DNA of 63,323 nt, filler included, from Kipferlia bialata (taxonomy: Eukaryota): the NCBI GenBank assembly GCA_003568945.1. It is 5 parts of 5 records of this genome, joined end to end, with 100 filler letters (N's around TTAATTAATTAA, not from the genome) between each part and the next. Parts side by side here need not be neighbours in the genome. Positions count along the whole stretch, not along the records: positions 1 to 14,367 come from BDIP01000827.1; 4 more parts are not named here. One strand, written 5' to 3'. Each line of letters starts with the position of its first letter. Position 1 is the stretch's first letter. A model generated the notes under the pieces. The model did not search any database. It worked only from the letters and a program-made list of their open reading frames with translations, and had not been told where the DNA came from. Shown one piece after another: positions 1 to 13,086 of this stretch. The position numbers and the translations under genes were made by a program.

Positions 1-55
<55 letters not shown>
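1..55. repeat. (AG)n microsatellite, representative of the (AG/CT)n, (AT)n, (CA)n and poly-C/G tracts filling most introns
   Basis: Direct reading; similar tracts at 2812-2840, 10684-10890, 28932-29030, 57341-57378 and many others. Confidence 0.9.
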
Positions 56-69
56 TGAAGAGTATATAC

Positions 70-1186
70 CTGGCAGCCCCAGCACTCCGTTGGTGGCGAT
101 ATCCATCTTGATGAAGTAGCGCACGTTGTTGCCGGCCTGGCCTTCACCGTCATCATCGTAGTGTGCCTCGCATACAACATCTCTGGCATGAGAGAGAGGG
201 AGAGAGAGAGAGAGAGAGATGCCTCGCATACAACATCTCTGATATAAGACTCTTATGTATCACTCTTATGATAAGAGAGAGAGAGAGAGATGCCTCGCAT
301 ACAACATCTCTGGCATGAGAGAGAGGGAGAGAGAGGTATATATATATATCATTACCATGATTCCGACATGTATCATACCTGCCCGGTATCTCGTATGCAT
401 GCAGCTCCTCAGACATGGACCAGGGAATGTTGGAGGGGACCTCGACCTGGCATAAAGGGGTGTAGAGAGAGAGAGAGAGAGAGAGAGAGTATATATATTC
501 CCTACATTGTATAGGGAATGTTGGAGGGGTACCTCGACCTGGCATATAGGGGAGTAGAGAGACTCTCTCTGAGAGAGTACTGGAAGGACCAACCTGGATT
601 GGGAAGCGAAGGGTCGACCTAGCAGCCACTTCTGTCACTCTCTCCTCCCTCATGAGGTTGATGGTGAAGATGGGGGTACTGGAGGGGTGAGGCAGAGCCT
701 AAATAGGGGGAGAGAGAGAGAGAGATATGGGAGATATAAATAGCAACGACAGTGAGTATAGACGTCGAACGGGATCCAATTAGTAGTGTAGATATTGAAT
801 ACCTGTGCACTGCAAGATGGTGCTTTCTGTTGTGATTGTCGCTGTAGCACGTGTGCTCCTCCCCGCAGAGCGTTATCGTCACGCTGGGTATCAGAGGGTA
901 GAGAGAAAAGTCACCGAAAGTCGCGAGTGTGAGAGATATACTATTGAGACAGAGAAGGGGGATAATCCCGCCCTACCAGTTCAGAGTGATGTCCGTCTGA
1001 GGGGTGTAGGTCACCACGGCCTGGATGGTCTCTCCTGACAGTGAGGTGCGGACCAAAGAGTCAACAATTTTCTAATCTGGCACAATATGCATCCATATAT
1101 ACATATCGTGGCACACCTGGGAAGTAAAGAGGCACAGGCCTCCCCCACTCCACGCTCATCTCGCCATCTGTCGTGAATAATCCCAT
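70..1186 (-). CDS. Arrestin N-domain-containing protein, multi-exon, 3' end outside window
   Basis: Hand-spliced exons read MGLFTTDGEMSVEWGRPVPLYFPG|ETIQAVVTYTPQTDITLNW..MTITLCGEEHTCY..STLRFPIQ|VEVPSNIPWSM..|..NNVRYFIKMDI. This resembles the arrestin-N pattern Y-x-PGE-x-V-x-G-x-V, L-x-G-x-E-x-T, F-P-F-x-x-x-LP-x-x-LP-x-S and I-x-Y-x-I-K. GT-AG introns. Confidence 0.7.
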
Positions 1187-1710
1187 CTCAACGTGTAATA
1201 GAGACTTGCATATGTGATGCTCATTGACGCGAGTAAACGGACCGTTTGAGACGTCGAATTAGTCCATTGGTCTATAAATAGACATATAAAATTAGACATA
1301 CTACTGGTATATTTATAGCAGTGAAGCATTAAAAGGAGTCCCAGTGGTTCCTTTTAGCCAAGAATCACCCAACTACTAGGTCTTGACAATGATCACGGTC
1401 ATCTTTCGAGTTTGGTACTGCAAAATTGACACTGTTAAATGAAAGCCTCAAGTGCTTTGAGTGTGTGAGACGCCACTGTGATCGATACGATATGGCACAT
1501 GTAGATAGTCCCTCTATTGTGGGACCATTGAGCATCGTCTTCAGTACAACACCACACAGTTCTCCATATGAGTACAGGGTAAATGTATTGGATTGGGATA
1601 TCAAGCAAAAATACTGTTGGCTGAACGTGAAAGAACATACATCCACAAAAATCTTCGTGGAATATTCCTCACTCTCTCCTTTTCAACTTCAGACTGATAC
1701 CCACCAGACA

Positions 1711-2806
1711 ATGGTGAGTGCATAATAATGAGTGTATGGGGTTGGGATGTATGTTCTTGCCATAGTGATTGTCCTCACATATATCGATACGGCATGTAAC
1801 AATCATGTGAAGTGTGTGATTCTAAGAATAGAAACGTGCAGGGAACTGTACACCGCTTCTTTACTCACTGTAGTCACCTCCATATTTCGGTCTCTCCCAC
1901 TCTCTCTCCCCTTATCTCCTCCTTCCATTCCCTAGCTCTCTTCTGATTCAGCAGGGAATACCGATTCTAGCCATCCGCCTATATGTCTCTCGACGCATAA
2001 TCCCCCCTTCATCTCTCTGCCCCCCCCCCCCTCTCTCTGCCTCTCTCTCTCTCTGTGGCATCCCCCTACATCTCTTTGTATAGGTCTTCTTTCCCTCAGG
2101 GAACTGCTGCCTCCTACTACTCACTCTCTCTCCCTACATTATTGTGTATGTGAGATAGTATGTATTTCTCTCATGCTAGGGAACCGCTGCCTCGTATGTC
2201 GCCCCTTCCAAGCCCAGGTCATTCCTCACAGCCATCAACTGCATGGACGGGAGGTATGCACTGTGTACATTATATAGTATACTAACTGTAATGATGATTG
2301 TTTCTATGTATGTCCCCAACTGCATGGATGGGAGGTATTTTCATACGTATACTATATACTATTAAGTAATATCCTTGTATGTCACACGCTTCTCTACCCA
2401 CTTTCCCTCTGCTCCCCCCCCCAACCTCTCCCTCTAGTATCAAGGCACAGGTCGTACTGTGGTCTATCTCTCCCTATTCTCTCTCTTACCCTCTCATCCT
2501 CTACTACCAGGACCCAGATCCAACTAATCAGATGGATCGTACACTTCTTTGTTTTCACTCCCTCTCTCTCTTTCTCTCACTCTATCTCTCACTCTATCTC
2601 TCTATGCTCCTCTAATACCAGGGCCCAGATCCCACTGATCAGGTGGATGATGGAGAAGTTTGAGGTATGAATATATGATATTATATCACTAATGCTGACC
2701 TCTCTCTCCCTCTCCCTCTATATGTGTGTATATTTACCATTCCAATATATACTATTCCTTATGTCTAACAATAGGGTGACTACGTAGACTCCATCACCGA
2801 GGCTGA

Positions 2807-2842
<36 letters not shown>

Positions 2843-4355
2843 GTGTCGTATATATATATATCTATATGTATTATACTCTAACATATCTAATTATAGGGTG
2901 ACTATGTGGACTCCATCACTGATGATGACCTCTCTATCTTCCTCTATCCCCCTCTCTCTCTATATATATAATGACATATATATGTGTGGGTGTACTATGT
3001 ATATATATCTAACGCCAGGGTGACTATGTAGACTCCATCACTGAGGCAGGGCCTGTCAGGTTCTTCGCCATGGGAGACAGTGCACCCCAGAAGCACAGGT
3101 GGATATAATATATTCCATGCATAACAGATACTGTCTCTCGATAGTGCATGTGTGTATATATGTTATATCCACTCACCCCAGAGACATATATGCCAACATG
3201 ATGGAGAGGATCGACATCAGTGTGCACAAGCACGGGAGCAGGTAGAGGATACATATAGTATAGTATATATATACTATAATATGTACTATATATGTATATA
3301 TATATAGGATAGACATCAGTGTGTACAAGCATGGGAGCAGGTGGGTATTTATATGTATATATTTATTATATATATACTATACTATGTAATATATGTATAT
3401 CTATGTATGGGATCGACATCAGTGTGCACAAGCACGGAAGCAGGTATAGTATCCATATAGGTCTACATTCACAGTTTATCGTCTCTGAGAAAGCACGTTC
3501 TCTCTCTCCACACTCTTAATAGTTCTTAACCCCAGGGTCATCATCATTGCTGCCCATCCATCCTGTGCTGGCAATGTGTGCTGTGACAAGGATCAGGTAT
3601 ATACTATATATATATACTATATTATATAGATACTATATATATATAGTTTATATAGAGTATATATAGTATGCAATGTGTGCTGTGACAAGGATCAGGTATG
3701 TATATTGCTATATGAACTCTCTATATACGTACGTACATATAGTATGTCCCATTAATTACATTCTATGTGTACTGTGACAAGGACCAGGTATGAGATATAT
3801 ATGTGTTGATTAATGCGTGTGATTGTTACTATATAGTTCCATGTATTATTTGCAAGTATGTATATGTGTGTTGTGACAATGACCAGGTATCGTGTGTTCA
3901 CGTCTATCCATATATACATATAGCATCTGATAGCTCTCTAGTAGTATATTTCGAGACTACCACCATATATATATGAATTTTGAAGTTGTATATACAATTG
4001 AATTAGTTGTAACCCCCAGAAGACCCAGCTGCACCAGGCCGTGAGGACTCTCAAGGGTCTGTACCCATCCTGCAGGGTGGAAGGTACTCTCTCTCTCTCT
4101 CTCTCTCTAACTCTAACTCTAACTCTATGGATATTCGTATACCTAGACACATACTTAGACTTCTCGTCTTCTCTCTCTCCCCCTCTACACCCTTAATGCC
4201 AGGTGTATGGGTGTCTCTCTAACTCTACACCCTCCATTCATTTATACATTGGTCGCTCTCTCTGTCCCTCTACACCCTTAATCCAAGGTGTGTGGGTGTG
4301 GCCTGACAGTGGCAAGGACTGGGAGGACGTGGAGGTGGTGGTCATAGCGGAGTAA
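1711..4355 (+). CDS. Putative carbonic anhydrase, prokaryotic beta-CA-like family (Pro_CA_2-like), about 8 exons
   Basis: Spliced product M|GTAASYVAPSKPRSFLTAINCMDGR|AQIPLIRWMMEKFE|GDYVDSITEAGPVRFF..|..ERIDISVHKHGSR|VIIIAAHPSCAGNVCCDKDQ|KTQLHQAVRTLKGLYPSCRVEG|VWVWPDSGKDWEDVEVVVIAE*. Contains the C-x-D-x-R and H-x-x-C zinc ligand motifs of beta-type carbonic anhydrases. The ATG-only first exon at 1711 is inferred. Confidence 0.8.
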
Positions 4356-5013
4356 GATGCACTCTATCATGGCGTCCCTATCTGCCTCTATATTGAAGAG
4401 ACTCTCTACTTGAGAGAGAGAGAGAGATGGAGGTGGCAAGGACTGGGAGGACGTTGAGGTTGTAGTCATCGCAGAGTGAGGGGGAGATAGAGAGAGAGAG
4501 AGAGAGATTAAGGTCGTAGTCATAGCAGAGTAGGCAGACAGATGCTTGATGGTGTATTAATAGACAAGACAATTACCTGAGGAAGTGTGGTTTTAGTATG
4601 GACTCCATAGTATGGAGTACGAATCATACTATGGAGTGTGTGTTGTATGAGATGATTAATGAATTTATGAGAGTTCTCTCTGAGAACTATCAGGCATTGT
4701 GGATACTCTACCATTGATATACGATAGGGCTGATGATCCCAAGTATTCAGCCAAGACCCAGAGTCATGTAATAATTATCATTGCTAACCGGCCTATTGCT
4801 TCCACCAATACTGATGGTGTTGATGATAGTGATTTTCAGCCATTGGGACTTCATCAGCATTGCTGACAGCAACACTACAGTATAGTACATACTCTATTTA
4901 CAACAAGAGTGATATCCTCAGACGGCGGCCACCTCTCACAATCTCCAGTGGAGATTCTCCACTGACACTCTCTCATTCACTGTCTTATAGTCACAGTATA
5001 TATACTAGACCTA

Positions 5014-5818
5014 ATGGATCCAGCAACACTGCGTGAGAGGGCTGTCCACGCCCTCCGCTACTCCTTCCTAGGGGATTCTCTCTCCATGCCTGTGCACTGG
5101 TACTACAGCGTGGCAGACATATACAAGGCATTTGAGGTGGGTTAGTTACCTTCAAAAGCACACATTCACCTAACCCCTTAGAGTATAGAACACCATAGTC
5201 ACCTCTTATGATACAGGGTGGTGTCACCAAGCTGGAGTCCGCCCCCACCCTCCACCCCTCCTCCATCATGTCCCTACACTCCACTGCACATGGGGGGAGA
5301 GAGGGGACAGAGGGAGGTAATAGTGATACTAGGCCTACTAATACTAATACTATTGCTGATGAATACCCCTCCTCCATCATGTCTCCAGAGCACATGGGGG
5401 AAGGCAGGGTCTCTTTGGGAGGTACTACAATATATGTATTGGTAATTACCATAACTATTTTACTAATATATACTGCACATTGGGGCAGAGAGGGTACATC
5501 TGGAGGTAATGACACTAGGCCTAATAATACAGATACTATTGCTGATGAATACCCCGAGGTATACATTTTTCCTATACACCGTAGAATAGTGACACACTAG
5601 TACGTATTGTATGTGATCATAATATTCATAGGGATGGACGCTGCACCTGGGGGTAGGCAGGGTACTTTTGGAGGTATTAGTACCAGTTAGTGGGATACAT
5701 TTATAACTATATGTAGTACTGATTACAGGCACCACGGAGATAGTGGGTGACGTGATACTCAAGGGCAAGAGGCAGTACTGGGGTGTGGCCAACATGCACT
5801 ACCACCAGGGGATGAAGG

Positions 5819-5850
<32 letters not shown>

Positions 5851-7674
5851 TTGATATTGTATACAGAGCTGAATACCCTTTGAATTCAGTGTGATTGAAT
5901 CACTGATTCTAGTGCAGACAGTCGTCATATATACCCAACATGCACTACCACCAGGGGATGAAGGTGGGGGTTGTGTGTGATACAGTGCTACATTAACCAG
6001 TGATCAATAATGATTAATCCGTTATTAATAATCACTGTAGATTATGTGTAATTATACTGACATGCACTACCACCTGGGGATGAAGGTGTATATATTCATT
6101 GTATACAGAGCTGAATTCCCTTTGAAATCCGTGTGATGATATTGCAGACAGTAGACAATCTTCCCAACCTGCACTACCATCAGTGAATGTGCAGGGCTTA
6201 TGAATATTCTTATACATTAATCACTGTACTACAGTCTGTAGATTCTGTGAGATTAGACTGACACATAGGCAGGAGAGAACACCCTCAACCTACAGTGTGC
6301 CAGACTGGTACTCAGGGAGGTGGCACAGGTATCATTGTCAACCAGTCATATTCATTGAGTACTAACTTATCAATATTTACTATTTAGTGATTCAGTTTTC
6401 ATACACTGCCTTAGGTATCTGATACTTTACCTAACACCAGGGCCCCTACAACGCCGACACCTTCCTCTCAGACACATATATGTATATTCACTAGCACTTA
6501 TTATTTACTATTCAACCTATGCAAGGTACTACATTCTCCCTACCACCAGGGCCCCTACAACCCAGACACCTTCCTCGCTGACTACGTCGCCTACATGACT
6601 GCTGACCCCCCTGCATACCATGACACATATGCAGAGTCGTTCCACAGAGGGTTCTTCGACAACATGCAGGGCGGAAAGTACGTTATATTGCGAAGAATAC
6701 TACCCTATACAGTGTAGATGTGCTCTCCACAAGTATTTCTTGTAATTACAGTCTAACTTGTAATATACAAGTTCACTTGCCGATATATCCAGCAAGAACC
6801 TTAGTAGCAGTTACAGTACCGGTGATTCTTACTCTAGGGATCTGCACGAGTGCGGGGCAGCCACGCATGACACAGCATCCATTGGGGGTGAGTAGTGTAT
6901 ATTGTGTAGCACATACAGTATCATAGCATTGAATCACTCTTGACAAGAATCTTGTACATTCACTGATGACACTGTGAAGAGGTGTTGTATGTGTATAATG
7001 AACCTCGTCTCACACTCAGGTCTTGCCACCATAGCACCCCTGGCCCTACCCTCCCTTCTCAGAGGCATGTCTGTAGTAGATGTCCAGAGAGTCTGCCGCA
7101 CACACCTGCACCTTACACACCCATCTGATACTCTTTACAGTGTGTGTGACGACTATGTGAGTCTGATCTCTGAGCTGCTACACATAGAGGAGGGTATAGA
7201 CCCTAGTACAATTGTAGAGGCATACCTCCTCAGCGCATCTCCCACTGCCACACCAGCAGAGTGGATGAAGAGTGCCAAGGACACTGAAGTAGTCGGTGGT
7301 GTCTACAGCCCTGCCTGCTACATATCGGACTCGTGGCCATCCACACTCTACCTGGCATACAAGTACCTACACTCCACTGGTCCAGACTCTGTGAAGCAGG
7401 GTCTCCTTGCCAACGCCAATGTAGGTAAGTGAAAGACGATATTAGTCGCCAAGACGTCAGTCTCTCAGCTGGTAATGGTATTGTACACTCTTACTGAATA
7501 ATTGTAAGACTACTGTATATACATACTAACCCAGGTGGTGACAACTGCCACAGGGGTGCAGTCCTGGGTGTGATACTGGGCCTATGCACTGTGGACACTG
7601 AGGCTGACACTCTCTACTCTGGCCTTGTAGAGCATGACGCCATTGAGAAGGAGATACAGACAGCCATAGAATAA
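5014..7674 (+). CDS. ADP-ribosylglycohydrolase (ARH/DraG/crystallin J1 family)
   Basis: Exons encode FLGDSLSMPVHWYY, HYHQGMK|AGENTLN, HDTYAESFHRGFF, SPACYISDSWPSTLYLAYKY and LLANANVG|GDNCHRGAVLG, matching the GDAL..P and N-x-GGD-x-x-x-RG motifs of this family. Stop TAA at 7672-7674. Confidence 0.88.
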
Positions 7675-8012
7675 GGCCTGTAGAGAGTCTCTACTAGAGA
7701 CACTCTATTATAGAGAACAACTGAGTTGTCCTACGTGTTATACACTGACATAGTATCCAAGCGATTGAGTGGGAGACACGTGCAGCCATAGAATACGAGT
7801 GAATGAGTTACTGTCTACAGAGATTCGGTACACGAGTCCCCAAATTGACATAGCAAGCCAATGATGCGTATCGGTTGTGTCTCCATACATATCCACAACA
7901 AGCAAAAGAATCTCTATCGCAGAAAGAACGAAAACTCCGTCTCTCTACTACTCCCTCTTGACCCACCAAATACTATACCCATGACAGTATATCATACTAT
8001 CTATTCTCTGCT

Positions 8013-8871
8013 CTACTGCTCCCTCTTGGCAGCTGGGGCCCTGTCTCCACCTCTGTCTCCTCTGTTGCCAAAGGAGCGCTTGCCTAGAGGTTAATACTAA
8101 ATACCTCTCGCATTCAAAAGTAAACAGGAGCGCTTACTGCAGCTAGAGGCTACAGAAGATATAAATATATATATTGTGTTGGTACCTCTGAAGCCTCCAC
8201 GTCCGCCTCTGCCACCACGGAAGCCACCACGGCCCCTGCCGCCTCTGAAGCCACCTCTGCCTGGGGTTACAGGGAGAGTGACAAGAAGACTCACACACAT
8301 AATAGAAGAAGACACTTATGCCTGGTGATACAGAGAGAATGAACAGCACTAACTCAATAAACACACTTCTAATTGAAACCCAAATAATGAACTGTAAAAC
8401 GTATAGATGCATACCTCTGCGGCCACCCCTGCCGCCTCTCGTGCAAGGTTATGTATATATGTATAATTCTATGTATATGTATATATGAATAATACTACTA
8501 TACATATATAGTGCATACCTCCACGGCCACCCCTGCCGCCTCTCCCTCCCCTTCTTCCTCCACGGCCACGACCACCACGGCCTCCCCTGGGGTGAGTAGG
8601 CTCTACACACGAAAACTGTATATCTACAAAATGATACCCGCTGAATGTAACACAAAACACATGGCTAGATCAATACACTATAACACTATAACAATAATGC
8701 ATTACTATTATAATACCTGAATCCCCCGCTCTGTCTGTGTCCAGACCATGATTCATAGATACACATAATTAGACCAGCAAATAATCATATATTACTGTAT
8801 CTATCACGTTATTATTACTATATTGTACCTGAATCCGCCGCTCTGCCTGTGTCCAGACCATGACACATACT

Positions 8872-8902
<31 letters not shown>

Positions 8903-10520
8903 AACTTTAGAATGTATTGCTATATATATATAGTACCTGAATCCCCCGCTCTGTCTGTGTCCAGACATGCCTCTCTATCTCTCATATTCACACGAAAGAT
9001 ACCTCATAGACAGTATATAGTACAGGTTAACATAGAAATACCTGAATCCCCGCTCTGCATTCTAGTATAAGTAACTACTATTAACTACTACTATACCTGA
9101 ATCCGCCGCTTTGTATACACGTATAGGACTAATATTATATGTAGTACCTAAATCCGCCGCTCTGTCTGTGTCCAGACATGCCTCTCTGTATATCTCTAAT
9201 TCATACAAAAATACTTCACATATAGAAGTATATAGTACAAATTAACAGAGAAATAACTGAATCCCCGCTCTGCATTCTAGTATGAAAAACTATTATGAGT
9301 TACTATTTCAATACCTGAATCCCCGCTTTGAATACACGTATAGGACAAATATCAATATAGTACCTGAATCCCCCGCTCTGCATTCTAGTATAAGTTTCAA
9401 TACCTAAATCCAGCATAAAATTACTATATAGTACCTGAATCCCCCGCTCTGCCTGTGCCCAGACATGCCTCTGTCTCTGTCACCCTCTGTCCTGGGGGCA
9501 ACATAGGACATCATCTGAGGGGTGAGGTTATACATGTATGTAGAATGAGAGAGCGACAGTATAATGGAAGAATTATGAAAGGGCGACATATGACATCATC
9601 TGGGGGGTGAGGGAATATATTCAAATGCTTATATACTATAAGTATGTAATAGTTACAAAGGTTTATAGGACATCATCTGAGGGGTGAGGGATATATATAT
9701 GTATATACATTATTAATACACTAAGAATAGAGTTATGGTTGTAATTGTTACACAGGCCCATAGGACATCATCTGGGGTGAGGGTACTCATATATTCAGCT
9801 AGAGAGAGAGAAACACAGTATATAATGGAAACACACACTGCAAGAATTATGAAAGGGTAAAATAGGACATCCTCTGAGGGGGGTGAGGGTACATACACAT
9901 ATATACTCGGTATATATCAACAGTCACAAAGGTCCGTAGAACATCTACGGTGAGGTTACATCAGTCAATGTATGTAGAAAATCGATGTTCTTATTGATAT
10001 ATAGTCACTATATATACCTGGTTCTCTGGGCATATGTCTGCATCAGATGGCAGCACCAATATCACATACGTATATACATGTATATATATGTGTATTAATA
10101 CATATGTATATATATGTGTGTGTAGACCTGGTTCTCTGGGCATATCTCTGCATCCTCGGGTAGCACGACAAGGCCAGCCTTCCCAGAGGGGACAGAGGGG
10201 GGGTACTCAGTGCCCACAAACCTAGGGGTTAAGAACCGTAAATATATATATATATAAATAGACATATATATATATAGAGAGAGAGAGAAAGGACAGAGGG
10301 GGGGTACTCAGTGCCCACAAACCTAGAGGGTTAGGACTACAGTAACAGGTTTGCATATACCGAGATATTACCTGTTTGCCTCGAAGTTGTATCCGATGAG
10401 GTCGTCTCTACCAATATTATTACATATACTTATAATTATTACAATGGATATATATATGAGTATATATAATTTTGTACCTGTTTGCCTCGAAGTTGTATCC
10501 GATGAGGTCGTCTCTACCAA

Positions 10521-10551
<31 letters not shown>

Positions 10552-10682
10552 TATTACAATGAATATATCTATAATACATATATAATGTACCTGTTTGCCT
10601 CGAAGTTGTACCCGATGAGGTCGTCTCTCTCGATGGCCCTGCCAATGAGGGACCGGAGCACAACGGTGGCATAGCTAGTTGT

Positions 10683-10733
<51 letters not shown>

Positions 10734-10852
10734 TGAGTGAGTGAGAGAGACTCTTCCAATGAGGGACCTGAGCACAACGGTGGCATAGCTGGAGATTAGA
10801 GAGAGAGAGAGAGAGANNNNNNNNNNNNNNNNNNNNNNNNNNNNNNNNNNNN

Positions 10853-10893
<41 letters not shown>

Positions 10894-12430
10894 GTGAGTG
10901 AGAGAGATTCTTCCAATCAGGGACCTGAGCACAACGGTGGCATAGCTGCAGGTCAGTGCATATAGATTTGTAGTATATGGAGACATATATCAGGGACCGG
11001 GGAGCACATGTGGTTGGAGTACCCTTTATCGAAATATGCCAACATAAGTGTATCTATATACAACCACAGTACCTGCTGGATCCGAGTGTGAATCTGACGT
11101 GGAGAGAGACAAAGTGGCCATCCCTTGGGGGGACAACGACCTGGGTGAGGTATGGTAACATATGTAGTGAATAGTTAATGAGCGTCAAGCACTTGTGTAG
11201 ACCACAACTGATAATTGTGCACATGTACAGTACAGAAATAGTATCGTGCAGTTATTTAAATGATAAAGTGGATACCTTCACGGGCTCCTCAACCTTCTCC
11301 TCTGGCTTGGCCTCAGCCTAGATAGTGAGAACATGGGTGTATACATATGATATGACATAATGAAAATACATACGATATGATATAAGAAAGAAACTCTGAA
11401 CATGTACAATCTTTGGATAAGTGATATGTTTACACTCTTCACAAAGGACAAATTGCTAAATGAAGAGACCATAGTGGCTATACCTCAACCTTCTCCTCTG
11501 GCTTGGCCTCAGCCTCAGCCTGGGGTTAACAAGTGGAATTAATCGATGCATTTGTAATACACAATACCTTCATCTCTACGTCTCCCTCGGCCACCACGGC
11601 CTCAGTCTTGGGCTCAGCCTTGGGTAAGAACAGATACATACCAACCATTACGGATACGGGTGTACGTCAATATCTCTATTTCACTACCAGAGAGGGTACG
11701 GCAATTACACAAATGCTAAAGAATACGATATGAATACTTGATAGTGTCCAGATAGTAAAGAAAAATGTATATACCTCGGCCTCTGCCTCTGCCACTGGCT
11801 CAGCTGCCTTCTTCTCAGGCTTGGTCTCCTCAGTGACAGGCTGGTATGAATATATACATCTATATATATATAATATGAATAGGGGTGTGGAGGCAGAAAT
11901 GAACGACTAGCGGTATTACATGGTGAATAATGAGATATACAAGAGAGATTGTACCTCGGCCTTAGGCTCCTCAGCCTTCTCCTCTACATGCTTCTCAACA
12001 GGCTTCTCCTCCTCCTTCTTCTCCTCTACCTTGGGCTCAGGCACAGGCTGCATGTGAGTATACATACATATACATATGTATCTATCATTAGTAACGAGTA
12101 TTGCAATGGTATATCACAATATATGTATATATTGAGGGAGAGAGAGAGAGTATATGTACCTCAGGGAGTGGCATTGCCACGCACACCTCCTCAGGGAGAG
12201 AGAGAGACAGTGCCTGGTTGGCACGGACAAAGGCCTCCTCGGGGAGAGAGAACATGGTCCTGGGAATAAGGGTGTAGGGGGAGAGCACCAGTGTAAAGTA
12301 CCTTATCCCTTTCCTACAAATCTATTATTGACTATTATAATTACTAAACATATATATGAATATGTGCAGTATATATTTGTGTATACCTCTTGACCTTGTG
12401 TACTACCATGGCCATGTAATGGATTAATGC

Positions 12431-12471
<41 letters not shown>

Positions 12472-13049
12472 TCTAATACAAATTGTACATATATACCTCT
12501 TGTCTTTGTGCACCACCATGGCCACATCGATGTCAGACACGGAACGGATGACCTAAGGGTTAGTGTATACGCATACACAGCACATATTAACGGAGAATAG
12601 TTTCATACATTTACAGTACCCTAGGCCGAATGCTTCTTATTAAAGAGAAAGGAATTACATAGGTCTATACACATATAAACCTGTCTGTATCTTCCAGTGA
12701 CGCACATGTCCTTGGGTGCCCTAGATAGAGGACTATGCACACCTATGCACTCTATATATACATGTATATATATACATATATATAATGTATATATACCTGT
12801 CTGTATCTGCCTGTGACACACATGTCCTTGGGTGCCCTAGGAAGATGACTACTATATATACATACACACCCTACATATACGTATATACAGTGTATACTTA
12901 CACACCCTACATATACGTATATACAGTGTACACATATGTACTTGTATGTATATGCATATATACCTGTCTGTATCTCCCAGTCACACACATGTCCTTGGGT
13001 GCCCTGGGCAAAAGACTTTCTATATCTATATGCTCTATATGTCTATGGA

Positions 13050-13086
<37 letters not shown>

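Noticed and set aside
1365..1725. Short ORFs between the arrestin and carbonic anhydrase genes
   Set aside because: No motif or splice support; likely divergent promoter region
8713..9450. Repeat-spacer pattern superficially like a CRISPR array
   Set aside because: Repeats are degenerate, match an exon end plus donor, spacers are low-complexity intron sequence, and no cas genes are present in a eukaryotic context
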